From Desulfobacterales bacterium (GTDB taxonomy: Bacteria; Desulfobacterota; Desulfobacteria; Desulfobacterales; UBA2174): a stretch of DNA of 64,000 nucleotides. A model generated the notes under the pieces. It ran no database searches. It was not told where the DNA came from and was given only the letters and a program-made list of their open reading frames with translations. The position numbers were made by a program, and so were the translations under genes. Positions 10,841-20,659 of the stretch are shown in pieces (position 1 is the first letter of the stretch; each line of letters opens with the position of its first letter). Location of the stretch: positions 64,001 to 128,000 of the forward strand of contig CAXXWC010000015.1 in assembly GCA_963668645.2 (NCBI GenBank). The letters run 5' to 3'.

Positions 10841-12466
10841 ATGCTTTCATCGACAGTGCCGCCAATCGACCTGATCCTGTTCAACGGCGCCCTGTGCACC
10901 CAGGACCGCCGCCGGCCCCGGGCCACCGCTCTTGCCGTGGCCGGCCGGCGCATTGCAGCCGTGGGTCCCGACAGGGAGATCCAGGCCCTGGCCGGGCCGC
11001 ATGCCGAGCGCATCGACCTTCACGGCGGCTCCGTGCTGCCCGGGATGGCCGATACCCATTGTCATTTTTACGAATGGGCCCTGCAGCGGCGCCGGCTCGA
11101 CCTTTCCGGGACCGCCTCCCTGGAGGCCCTGGGCCGTCAGGTGGCCCGGGCCGCAGCCGCTCTGCCGCAGGGCCACTGGCTCCTGGGCCAGGGATGGAAC
11201 GAGGGGCAATGGACCGCGAACCGCATGCCGGACCGGGAAACCCTCGACGCCGCGGCCCCGGACCATCCGGTGGTGCTGTGGCGCTGCGACATGCATCTGG
11301 CGGCAGTCAATTCAAAGGCCCTGGCAGCCGCGGGCATCGACGCCGGAACGCCCGACCCGCCCGAGGGCCGCATCGCGCGCGACGCTTCGGGCCGGCCCAC
11401 CGGGATTCTGCGCGAGCTGGCCATCAATCTTGTCCGCGACCGGATCACGCCGCCCACCGACGCACAACTGGACCAAGCCCTGGCCGAGGCTGTGGCCGCG
11501 GCCCACAGGGTGGGCTTGACCGGAATCCACGACATCCGGTTGATGAACGACGCCGACGGGGCCAGGGCTTTTAGCGCCTTTCAGCGGCTGCGCCAAAACG
11601 GTGGCCTCGATCTGCGCTGCGCCGTGGCCCTTTCCGGCGAGCGGTTGGACGAGGCCGTGGCCCTGGGGCTGCGCACCGGGTTCGGCGACGACCGGCTGCG
11701 CATCGGCCATGTCAAGTTCTTTGCCGACGGCGGCATCGGGGCGCGCACGGCCTGGATGCTCGAACCTTTCGAAGATGCCGGATGCGGCATCTGCCTGACA
11801 CCGCCGGCCGAACTGGCCATTGCGGTCCGCAGGGCCGAGGCGGCCGGCTTGGCGGTGATGATCCACGCCATCGGGGACCGGGCCGTGCGGGAGGTGATCT
11901 CGCTTTTCGCATCCTTGCAAAAACAGCGCTGCGGCCCCCCACCACCGGTGGCCCACCGCATCGAACACGTCCAGACAATCCACCCGGACGACCTGCCTCG
12001 CCTGGCGGCCCTGGACGTGGCCGCCTGTCTCACCCCAGAAAACCTGGTGCTCGACATCAACACGGTGGACGCGGCCCTGGGTGAGCGGGCCCGGCGGGCC
12101 TATGCCCTGCGAGACATCATCGACACCGGAATTCCGGTGATGTTCAGCTCGGACAGCCCGGTGTGCACCATCGATCCGCTGGAAGGGATGCGCGCCGCGG
12201 TGACCCGCACGCGGCCGGACGGCACGCCGCCAGGCGGCTGGTACCCGCGGTCGCTCGTCTCCCTGGCCGAGGCGGTGGCGGCCTACACCCGCACGCCGGC
12301 CGAAGTCCACGGCCGGGGCCACGAGCTGGGGGTCCTGGCCCCGGGATATCTTGCCGACCTGGTGGCCTTGGACCACGATATTTTCTCCCTGGGGCCCGCG
12401 GCCCTGGCCCGGGCGCGGGTCGATCTGACCGTCTTCGACGGGAAGATCGTCTATCGACGCAAATAG
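10841..12466 (+). CDS. Amidohydrolase 3 family (YtcJ-like)
   Basis: PGMADTHCH, KFFADG, HAIGD, RIEH, SSD, GYLADLV motifs. Confidence 0.88.
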   Translation: MLSSTVPPIDLILFNGALCTQDRRRPRATALAVAGRRIAAVGPDREIQALAGPHAERIDLHGGSVLPGMADTHCHFYEWALQRRRLDLSGTASLEALGRQVARAAAALPQGHWLLGQGWNEGQWTANRMPDRETLDAAAPDHPVVLWRCDMHLAAVNSKALAAAGIDAGTPDPPEGRIARDASGRPTGILRELAINLVRDRITPPTDAQLDQALAEAVAAAHRVGLTGIHDIRLMNDADGARAFSAFQRLRQNGGLDLRCAVALSGERLDEAVALGLRTGFGDDRLRIGHVKFFADGGIGARTAWMLEPFEDAGCGICLTPPAELAIAVRRAEAAGLAVMIHAIGDRAVREVISLFASLQKQRCGPPPPVAHRIEHVQTIHPDDLPRLAALDVAACLTPENLVLDINTVDAALGERARRAYALRDIIDTGIPVMFSSDSPVCTIDPLEGMRAAVTRTRPDGTPPGGWYPRSLVSLAEAVAAYTRTPAEVHGRGHELGVLAPGYLADLVALDHDIFSLGPAALARARVDLTVFDGKIVYRRK

Positions 12467-12560
12467 AAGGGATGCAATTCGAGGCGGGCAGTTTACTTCA
12501 CCCCACGACACAAAAAAACCGACGTGGATGAGCCGCAACCAAACGGCAGGCCCCTGACGC

Positions 12561-12588
12561 CGTCATGCCGGGCTCGATCCGGCATCCA
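12561..12588. repeat. REP-like palindromic repeat, single unit
   Basis: CGTCATGCCGGGCTCGATCCGGCATCCA matches the reverse complement of 26698-26725 at 26 of 28 positions; lies between convergent genes. Confidence 0.75.
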
Positions 12589-12670
12589 TTTTTAAAGTCG
12601 GACTTCGAATTCGTGTACTGCGTGCTCTTCGTGGCCTCGATAATCCACCGACCCTGCCGGAAACCCCTTG

Positions 12671-15133
12671 TCACCCCACCATGAAACCGTCGCTGCTGAA
12701 TAGACCGGGCACGGTCCAGAGCGGCACCCCGGCCGCATCCTCCGACACCCCTTGCGGCCACTGGTAAGCGGGGTCCATCTCCTTAAAATAGTCCAGGGTG
12801 TAAGGCTGCAACTTGAGATGCAGCACTCCGCCGGTGGCCTTTAAGCGGGAGGTGAGGCCGAAGTCGACCTCGCCCAGGGGGGTGGCGATGATGTAGCGCG
12901 GAATCTCGCGGCCGCTGCCCTCTCGGCGCACGGTAGTGGCGATGTCGATCACGTCGGCCGTGTCCAGGGGCCGATCCGCGTTGTGGCGCCGCTGCAGCGG
13001 CAGGCCGGCCACATAGCAGTGGTGAAACTCGATGCCCGCACCCCGCAGGCCGTAGGCCAGGGCCATGGCCGCCTCCGGGGTGTCGTTGACCCCGGTAAGC
13101 AGCGGAACGTTGGCGTAGACCGTGATGCCGTGATTGTTGAGCCGGCGCGCCAGGCGACGGTGGGCGGATCCCAGTTCGGCGGCGTGCAGGAATTGGGTTT
13201 CGATCTCCAGGCGCAAGGGGCGCGCCACCTCCAGATGGTTCAACGCGCCCAGACGGGAGATCAGGGCCCGGCCGAAGCGTTCGGGCGCATAGGCAAAGGC
13301 CAGGCTGCGCAGGCGTACCGCGTTGACGTGGTCCACCGGCCGCAACGCCTCTACCACGGCGGCCACCTCGTCGAGGCGCTCGATGGCCTCGCCGGCAAGG
13401 ACCACGTCGGTCACTTCCCGGTTGTCGATGGCGTAGGCCAAGGCTTCGGGTCCTGCGCCGGCTTCCAGCCCCACCCGGGTACGGTGCAGGCGGCGGGCGC
13501 CTTCAGGCACAGCGGCCACCACCGAGCAAAGCGGCTGCGGTTCGGCCAGGGCATCTTGCTGCAACGTTTCCAGCAACGGCGGGTCGGGCCGCTCGGTCCT
13601 CGCCGGCCGGGCCGGGCGCCGGCCGAGGTAAAGGCCCTCGTCGCCAATGCGGGCCATGTAGCTCACGTCGATGGTCCCTTCCGCGTTGGCGCGAAGGTTG
13701 TTCAGGCCGTCGGCCAGGGGGGCGAAGCGCTTGAAGTATTCCGGCGTGTAGGGGGTGCGCAGCCAGACGAATTTTTCGTCCGTGGCGTGGGGTTCCACGG
13801 CCCAGCCCGAGCTGTTCCAGTCGAGCTTGCCGATGGGCGTGGCCGTGCAGATGCGAGGGATGACCCGGTCGGACAGGTTGGCCCGCAGGTAGGAGGCTAC
13901 CCCCACACCGTCTGAAAGCGGGGACCAGTAGACGCTGTTGCCGTGGATCGGGCTGCAAGGGATGTAGATGTAGTGCAGCTCTGCCCCGGCGCCGCGCAGC
14001 AGGCCAAAAAGACGCACCAGCTCCGGCCCCTTGTCGTTGCAGTCTTTGAGAAAGGGGGTCTGGATGTAGACCGGGATGCCGTTTTTGACCAGCTCGGATA
14101 TGATCTCCAGGCACTCGGGCGACACCTCGTCCGGGTGGATGAGGTGGGTGGCCAGCTCCATGCGCTTTCCCAGGGCCTGGAGTTCGAGGCTTTTCAGTTT
14201 CAGATAGTCGAGCAGCTCCCCGTCGTCGGCCAGAAACAGGTTCGGGTAGTAGGCCACTGAGCGGGTAGCCAGCCGCAGGCATTGCACGTGCGCGATCTGC
14301 TTGAGCCCGTCGATGGCCGCGGCCATGTTGCACCGATTGAGAAACGGGTCGCCGCCGGTGATGACGATCTCCTTGATGTTTGGCGAGGCGGCCACGTGGG
14401 CCACGGCCCGGGCCACATCGGCCACGGTGGGGTTGGTCTCGTTGCGCGACTCCTTGTGTTTACGGAAACAAAAGCGGCAGTAAACCGGGCAGCTCATGTT
14501 AAGCAGGAAGATCACCCGGTTCTGGTACATCTGTTCCAGCAGCCCCTGGTGAAACTGGCCGATCCAGGTGTTGGTGTGTCCCACCGGATCGAGTTCTTCG
14601 ACAAAGGGCAGGTACTGGTAGGCCACGTCGCGCGAAACGCGCATCTGGCGTATGGTGTGCATAGACAGGCGCACCGGGTAAGTGTCGATGACCGCCTGTA
14701 GCGATTCGCGCTGTTCGTCCGGCACACGGATGTTGGTGCGCCCTTCGAGCTGGGCCACATCCTTGATGCTGACGAACCCGTTGCCGGGCAGAAGCCGTTG
14801 GAGCACCGCTACCAGCAGCATCTGGGAAATCTCGATGCCGTTAAGGCAGAGCGCATGCGGGCACTGGCTGTCGGCCGAAACGAGGAGGGCCACCAGGCTG
14901 CGGATGAAACCGTCTGCATCGGCCCCGAAGCCGGCCGCGGCGACGAGCCGCTCGAATTTGGCCGTGCCGCTGCCCTCCCCGATCACACCGGCCATCGTAT
15001 CGCCCAACAGGTAGGCCGTACCGTAAAACTCGAGAAAATCGGTTACGGCCGCCACCAAGTCGCAGGAGCGGACATCCACGGTTTCGCCGCTGTTGCTGAA
15101 CTCGGCCGACAGGTGTTCGTTGTGTGCGTCCAT
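12671..15133 (-). CDS. KamA-family radical SAM aminomutase with N-terminal extension and degenerate second KamA domain
   Basis: CPVYCRFCFRK, ITGGDPF, LRLATR, TPIGK; C-terminal repeat LRLRS...ETQFLH...PLLTGVND...IPRY..TPLGE lacks the Cys motif; ATG 8 nt after AAGGAG. Confidence 0.85.
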   Translation of the reverse strand: MDAHNEHLSAEFSNSGETVDVRSCDLVAAVTDFLEFYGTAYLLGDTMAGVIGEGSGTAKFERLVAAAGFGADADGFIRSLVALLVSADSQCPHALCLNGIEISQMLLVAVLQRLLPGNGFVSIKDVAQLEGRTNIRVPDEQRESLQAVIDTYPVRLSMHTIRQMRVSRDVAYQYLPFVEELDPVGHTNTWIGQFHQGLLEQMYQNRVIFLLNMSCPVYCRFCFRKHKESRNETNPTVADVARAVAHVAASPNIKEIVITGGDPFLNRCNMAAAIDGLKQIAHVQCLRLATRSVAYYPNLFLADDGELLDYLKLKSLELQALGKRMELATHLIHPDEVSPECLEIISELVKNGIPVYIQTPFLKDCNDKGPELVRLFGLLRGAGAELHYIYIPCSPIHGNSVYWSPLSDGVGVASYLRANLSDRVIPRICTATPIGKLDWNSSGWAVEPHATDEKFVWLRTPYTPEYFKRFAPLADGLNNLRANAEGTIDVSYMARIGDEGLYLGRRPARPARTERPDPPLLETLQQDALAEPQPLCSVVAAVPEGARRLHRTRVGLEAGAGPEALAYAIDNREVTDVVLAGEAIERLDEVAAVVEALRPVDHVNAVRLRSLAFAYAPERFGRALISRLGALNHLEVARPLRLEIETQFLHAAELGSAHRRLARRLNNHGITVYANVPLLTGVNDTPEAAMALAYGLRGAGIEFHHCYVAGLPLQRRHNADRPLDTADVIDIATTVRREGSGREIPRYIIATPLGEVDFGLTSRLKATGGVLHLKLQPYTLDYFKEMDPAYQWPQGVSEDAAGVPLWTVPGLFSSDGFMVG

Positions 15134-15250
15134 GGCCCATGCTCCTTGGTTTGTTGGCGGGAAAAAACGGCGAAAGCGGCCGCCGTCCGGCAAGCCGCTT
15201 CTCGTATGATTTCCCCCTCATAGATAAGGGCGCAACCAGCTGTCAAGCCT

Positions 15251-16125
15251 TCATTTGAAAAGGCCCTTGGACCAGACCGCCATGGTCTCGATGGTGCCGC
15301 CGATCTGGGTGTTGTTCACCATGCATCCGCAGAGGGTGTAGCCGGCCTGCTTGAAAACCACGCTCATCGCCGGTGCGCGCAGCCGGGCGATGGAAAAAAC
15401 GGTGCTCAGCCCCTGGCGGGCCAACTCGGCCTCCATGGCGGAAAGCAGGCGGCCGGCCAGTTGGCGGCCGCGCCAGCCGGGAAGCACGGCAAAATCGGTC
15501 ATCTCCGCCGACCGGTGGCAGTGGTCGATCTCTGCCGAGGCCACTGCCACGAAGCAGCCCTGGCGGCGGACGCCAAAATAGACGACGCCTTGCGCCATGG
15601 TAGCGGCGAGGTAGGCCGGATCGTAGACCGGAAAAGGATAGGAGGCGAACACGCGCCGGTAGAGGGCATTCATGGCCGGTGCGTCTGTTGGATGACAGCG
15701 CGTCATGTCCCTGGGCGGCGACCGGCGCGGGGAGGCCGGCGCAACCGTGTCGAGCAGCGCCAGGGCACGTGCAACCGCCTCGGGGTGGCCCTCGCGACCA
15801 CGTTCCGGCCGAACAAAGCGGGCCATGAAAAAACCGTCCAGATCCGGGGCGAACAGATTTGGCACCCGGGCTTCGATGCGGTAGCCGTTGGCCTCGAAAA
15901 GTCCCCTGGCCGTCGCCTGCACCTTGGCGCAGATCTTACCGTAGCCATGGCGCCGCGCCAGCCGGTGCAATTGGTCCAGGATGACGGGCAAATCCTCCTG
16001 CCCAGGTGCATCAGGTAGACCCGGTCGTTGAGCGGCCCGTGCTGAACCGTCGAGCAGCCCAGGGTCTCGATGCGGTCCGCAACGACGGAAATCGGTGGAT
16101 TTGAAAAAGCGTCCGGCATGAACAT
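15251..16125 (-). pseudogene. ablB: Beta-lysine N-acetyltransferase (AblB-like GNAT), 1-nt frameshift
   Basis: N-terminus DRIETLGCSTVQHGPLNDRVYLMHL is in one frame and QEDLPVILD...GYGKI...SYPFP...AEMTDFA...NNTQIGG in another; joint at the CCC run 16001-16003; may be a sequencing error. Confidence 0.75.
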
Positions 16126-16414
16126 CGTGTAACATGTGCATCCGGTGGCGTCCACTAGGGCACTGAAGCACTAACGGCAAAACTGCTTTTCTCGCGCCGA
16201 GACGCTGAGTCGCGGGGGACTGCGATAATCCTGGCGTGCTGGCGCGCGCAACGGCACCGCCCTGCACGCCTCGCTGGCCAGATTGCCTCGTTCTTGAAAC
16301 GTACAGGCACAAAAGGATTGCGGACTATGAACAAAGCGGGGTTAACAGTGAAGTCGCTGTTGCCAAAGCTGCCCGTATTTTGCGGACCTTTGTGCAAGTG
16401 GTTGTCAGGTGTTT

Positions 16415-17176
16415 TTATAACCATAGGGCCCAGTCGCCGAAGTCAATTTTTCCGGTTCCATGATGCAATCTGCCCTCAGCCTTCAATTGCCGAAAAGCAT
16501 CACGCATTCTACCCAAAATTTCAGGCTGAATATCCAGCGTGTGATGTGCGGGAAACACATGTTTCACCGGCAGAGCTGATACCCGCTCCAGAGAATTGAG
16601 GTACGCCTCTGGATCAGTGGACGGAAAGTAGGCAAATAGTGTGTCTTTATAAACCAAATCCCCGGTAAAAAGATATCCGCGCTCTTTTTCCCAAAAACAC
16701 ATATGTCCTGGCGAATGGCCGGGCGTATGGACTATTTGAACAAGGCGGTCTCCGATATGAATTGTATCATTATCTTTCAGTACCCTTGTCGGGTTGCCCT
16801 GAAAGAACATATAGTCGTTTACGTCATAGCCTTCCGGCAAGTCGCAACGTTCAACGACCATTGCTTTAATCTGCTCCATTGTCAGAGGAAATTCTCCGTT
16901 AAGCCAGTTCAGTTCAGCTTCATGGGCGTAAAAGTCCGGAAAAAAACGATGTCCGCCGATATGATCCCAGTGAATATGGGTGGCGACTGCGGTAACAGGC
17001 TTGCCAGTCAGCCTGATGACTTCATCGTGGATGTTACAGATTCCAAGCCCGGTATCAATCAGCAAACTGCGTTCAGAGCCATTCAAGAGATAACAATGTG
17101 TTTCTTCCCAGTGGCGGTATTCACTTATGATATAAGTGTCTTTATCAATTTGATCTATTGCAAACCAATCATCCAT
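16415..17176 (-). CDS. MBL-fold metallo-hydrolase
   Basis: THIHWDHIGG, HTPGHSPG, FTGD, PAH motifs; AT-richer than neighbours. Confidence 0.9.
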   Translation of the reverse strand: MDDWFAIDQIDKDTYIISEYRHWEETHCYLLNGSERSLLIDTGLGICNIHDEVIRLTGKPVTAVATHIHWDHIGGHRFFPDFYAHEAELNWLNGEFPLTMEQIKAMVVERCDLPEGYDVNDYMFFQGNPTRVLKDNDTIHIGDRLVQIVHTPGHSPGHMCFWEKERGYLFTGDLVYKDTLFAYFPSTDPEAYLNSLERVSALPVKHVFPAHHTLDIQPEILGRMRDAFRQLKAEGRLHHGTGKIDFGDWALWL

Positions 17177-17269
17177 TTGACTTCCTCTGTAAAGACCTTG
17201 TCGGCCTTTTACTTTTTATAAGCAGGGTTGAGGTTTTCAAACATAGGATAGTGCTTGGTCCGGTGTTTT

Positions 17270-18175
17270 CTAATTTCCGAAGTAAAGACTCTCTCTTCGA
17301 TCCTTGAGGTAGAAGACTTTGCTGGTTGGGTCGCGCATCCGCTTCAGGGAGGCCAGGTCCAGGTCACAGAAAAGAATATTCTCTTCCGCGATGACCTGAT
17401 GTTGAAGAGGTTTGCCCGTAGTTGGCCCCCATACGGCTGCGCCGCCGGCCTGGCCCTTTTCTCCGGCATGGTCGATGTGGTTGCACGCAGCGACATAAAG
17501 GGTATTGTCATAGGCTCGTGCACCCATGTATCGGTTCCACACCTCAAGGCGCCGTTCACCGCCCAGGGGCGATGCGTGGGGTGAAAAGATGATCTGGGCC
17601 CCCTTCAAAGAGAAGACGGTAGCGATTTCGGGAAAATGCATGTCATAGCAGATACCGATGGCAAAGCAGATCTCTTGCCCCGCGTCGGTTTTTGCACGGA
17701 ATACAGGAAGCGACTCGCCTGGACCCAGGGTTCTGCGCTCCCGGCGACCGAGGTGCGTTTTGCGGTAAGATTCGATTCTGCCGTCGGTAAAGGCGACGAC
17801 CTGGGTGATAAAGTACTTGTCCTTCTCCTTTTCAATCAGCCCCGCCAGGACAATGATTCGGTTGGCCACCGCGATGTTTGAAAGGGTTTTTGATGAGGGG
17901 CCTGGAACAACCTCGGCCATGGCGTGCGGTCGGTCGATGGCATAGCCGGTGATGGACATTTCGGGAAAGCAGATGATCTGCGCCCCCTGTCGCCCAGCCA
18001 CAACGGCAAAGGACTCTATCTTTTCCAAATTTTGCCGCCTGCCCTGTCCGGTATCCATCTGAACGAGGGCAATTCTGAACTGTTGCGAGTCATGCGCATA
18101 GCATGTTGGGCCGAAGGCACTCAGCAGCAAGATGGCTGCCGCTATCACGAGGCGGGTGGCTGGACTGTATTTCAT
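17270..18175 (-). CDS. Carbon-nitrogen hydrolase (nitrilase family) with predicted signal peptide
   Basis: E-K-C triad: FPEM, YRKTHL, ICYD; hydrophobic N-terminus. Confidence 0.85.
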   Translation of the reverse strand: MKYSPATRLVIAAAILLLSAFGPTCYAHDSQQFRIALVQMDTGQGRRQNLEKIESFAVVAGRQGAQIICFPEMSITGYAIDRPHAMAEVVPGPSSKTLSNIAVANRIIVLAGLIEKEKDKYFITQVVAFTDGRIESYRKTHLGRRERRTLGPGESLPVFRAKTDAGQEICFAIGICYDMHFPEIATVFSLKGAQIIFSPHASPLGGERRLEVWNRYMGARAYDNTLYVAACNHIDHAGEKGQAGGAAVWGPTTGKPLQHQVIAEENILFCDLDLASLKRMRDPTSKVFYLKDRRESLYFGN

Positions 18176-18319
18176 ATATCGATCATTCTGTTTTTAAGAG
18201 CGATTATGTCAAAGATGCGATTGTAGGTTAATGCTCGGCCCCATACAAGAACGTTTCCAAAGATTCGATGGTTTTCATTCATCCGCCAACAGGATGCTGC
18301 GGACCCAAAGCAGACTGTA

Positions 18320-18741
18320 AGGTCTCGGAAAACCGCGTCTACCCCCTCGGCCTCGACATCATCGCCCCTTGCACCACCGCACTGCAGGCCCCCTTGGCCG
18401 CAACGGTGGCCGACATCGGCCATGAAGCGGGAAAAGGCAACTACGGCGGCCACGTGCTGATAGCGCACGCCAGCTATGGGCTGGAGACCTTTTACAGCTT
18501 CTACGGCTACCTTCCCCGCGCCGACATGCCGGCCAAAGGGTGCCGCCTTGAGCCGGGTGAACCGTTTGCCCGCCTCGGCGCCTTCCACAAAAACGGCAAC
18601 GGATTCCATGACACCCACTTGCAGGTGATCACCGCAGAAGGGCTGCAACGCGGCTACCAGTTCAAGGGCTACTGCACCCCGGAGGGCCTGCCTGAACTTG
18701 AAGGCTTGTGCCCTTCCCCGCTTTCTCTCTTTCGGACCTGA
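18320..18741 (+). pseudogene. 5'-truncated, degenerate copy of the M23-like gene at 48420
   Basis: Colinear with about 48669-49088; YHLGLD is YPLGLD, YGHL is YGYL, HHTHLQ is HDTHLQ. Confidence 0.75.
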
Positions 18742-18926
18742 ATGCCTTTACGCTGGATTTCTCAGGCAGATTGCAATCTTGTCATGCCGCCGGGGAGTGT
18801 GGAAAACCCTTGCCAGGCATGCTTTCCGCGCGGTTTCACGAAAGGCTATCCGGCGGCCCTTTCGCCATGGCCCTGAGCGGCCCGCTTGCTGGTGCGCACA
18901 GGGACCAGCATGCGCAGGTGCACCGA

Positions 18927-20231
18927 TCATGACGCCATGTATCGCTCGATATTTTCGGCCAGCCTGTCCACCAGTTTCCGGAAGCGGTCCTCGTCGGGTT
19001 CCAGCAGCGTCATGCGGAATCCCTGAAGTTCGGTGCTGAAAGAGGTCAGGGGAACCAGGCAGATGCCGCTTGCCCCCAGAAGGTAATAGACCAATCGTTT
19101 GTCCGGCTGCACATCTGGGCCACAAACCAGTTCCTCCACCAACCCGCGAACCTTTGCATTTTCGATGGGCAGGGCCTGTTTTTTGTTGAGGCATCCGTCT
19201 TCGAACACGACGCTCATGTAGAAAGCGCCATTGGTGCGGTTTGCCATGACACCGGGAACGGCCTTCAGCCGCTGAAAGGCGATGTCGGAGAATTTCCGGT
19301 AGCGATCCCTCCGCTGTTTCAGGAATTGCGGATATTCCGGATGCTGGAAAATTCTGGGAATGGCCATCTGGGGGAGCGTCGTGGAGCAGACCTCCACCAT
19401 CTTGGCGTTGAGAATGCTCTGAATGTACCGGCTGAAAAGCGGATCCTTTTCCCGGTTGTACACTTCGATCCAGCCGCACCTGGCGCCTGGCCACGGGACC
19501 TCCTTGGAGATTCCCTTCATGGAGATGGCCGGAACGCCGTTGATGATCGTGGACAGCGGAGCCGTCTTCGGCCCGTCGAAGGCCAGGTTCAGATAGATTT
19601 CGTCGGCGATGATGAAAAGATCGAACGCCTCGGCAATGGAGACAATTTCCCGAAGCAGCGATTCCGGATAGACCGCACCGGTGGGGTTGTCCGGATTGAT
19701 CAGCAGGATCCCCGACACGGCCGGGTTGTACTTCACCCGTTTTCGAAGTTCATTCAGGTCCGGAAACCAGGAATTTTCCGGATCCAGCGGATAGGATACC
19801 GGCGGCAACCCGGCATGGGCGGCTTCCGACGAGGAGTGCGTCGAGTAGGTCGGGGTGGGCGTGATGACGCGTGCGGTCCTTCTCAGAAAGCCGTAGATCT
19901 TCGTGATGGCGTCCCCCAGTCCGTTGAAAAAAATGATGTCTTCCGGGCCAATCTGCGCCCCTCCAGCGGCATTGGTCCGCCCGGCCAGAAATTTTCGGGT
20001 TTCCGGATCCCCCTGGGTGGAACAGTATCCGTAGGAGCTGTTTTTCCAGCTGAGATCGGCGATGATCTCTTTCATCCAATCGGGTACGGCCTCCCCTTTG
20101 GAGACGGGGTCTCCGATGTTTTCGAAATTGACCTCCATGCCCATGGCCTGCAGACTTTCCGCAATGCCGACGATCTTTCTGATTTCATAGGTCAGTTCCC
20201 GTGCGCCGAAATGTACGATGTCCGTTCTCAT
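18927..20231 (-). CDS. PLP-dependent class I/II aminotransferase, AlaA-like
   Basis: ENIGDP, INPDNPTGAVY, DEIY, GISKEVPWPGARCGW (PLP Lys). Confidence 0.85.
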   Translation of the reverse strand: MRTDIVHFGARELTYEIRKIVGIAESLQAMGMEVNFENIGDPVSKGEAVPDWMKEIIADLSWKNSSYGYCSTQGDPETRKFLAGRTNAAGGAQIGPEDIIFFNGLGDAITKIYGFLRRTARVITPTPTYSTHSSSEAAHAGLPPVSYPLDPENSWFPDLNELRKRVKYNPAVSGILLINPDNPTGAVYPESLLREIVSIAEAFDLFIIADEIYLNLAFDGPKTAPLSTIINGVPAISMKGISKEVPWPGARCGWIEVYNREKDPLFSRYIQSILNAKMVEVCSTTLPQMAIPRIFQHPEYPQFLKQRRDRYRKFSDIAFQRLKAVPGVMANRTNGAFYMSVVFEDGCLNKKQALPIENAKVRGLVEELVCGPDVQPDKRLVYYLLGASGICLVPLTSFSTELQGFRMTLLEPDEDRFRKLVDRLAENIERYMAS

Positions 20232-20295
20232 GTCAGTCCCGATCCTTTCCAGCTTTTTCCAAGGCGCCGATTCCGTTTTCCCTTGCAGCCGGAAT

Positions 20296-20323
20296 AAAAA
20301 AGGCTGCGAGGTTTTCGCAGCCC
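20296..20323 (-). terminator. Intrinsic terminator 2 in the aminotransferase leader
   Basis: GGCTGCGA-AAACC-TCGCAGCC followed by T6. Confidence 0.8.
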
Positions 20324-20329
20324 GGTGAC

Positions 20330-20361
20330 AAAAAAGGCTGCGGGGAATCGCCCGCAGCTTT
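20330..20361 (-). terminator. Intrinsic terminator 1 in the aminotransferase leader
   Basis: GCTGCGGG-CGATTC-CCCGCAGC followed by C and T6. Confidence 0.8.
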
Positions 20362-20379
20362 GAAGGTTTTATTTGGAAT

Positions 20380-20487
20380 TTAGCGTATCATTCCCCCATT
20401 CAAGACAACGGGCCGCCCGGCTGCGCACGCCGCGGCGGCGCATATAGCTCGTTCGGCTTCTCTGGCTGTCTTGTGGAGGTGGTTCAT
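20380..20487 (-). CDS. Putative Ala-rich leader (attenuator) peptide, 35 aa
   Basis: GAGGAAACAAGG-ATG; MNHLHKTAREAERAICAAAACAAGRPVVLNGGMIR*; 9 Ala; terminators directly downstream. Confidence 0.7.
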   Translation of the reverse strand: MNHLHKTAREAERAICAAAACAAGRPVVLNGGMIR

Positions 20488-20659
20488 CCTTGTTTCCTCG
20501 GTTTTCTTAAGGTTTTCGTAACTCGTGAGACCACCCTCTATCACAGTGGAAACGGATTGTCACTCTTAATTCCGGCTTCGCCCAGGTTGACCGCATTTGT
20601 GGTATGACGGGACATTCTCAAACTTTTAAATTATCAAAGGCTCGCTCATCAGTACCTAA

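Noticed and set aside
16415..17176. MBL protein as an antibiotic resistance gene
   Set aside because: No signal peptide; generic MBL-fold motifs only.
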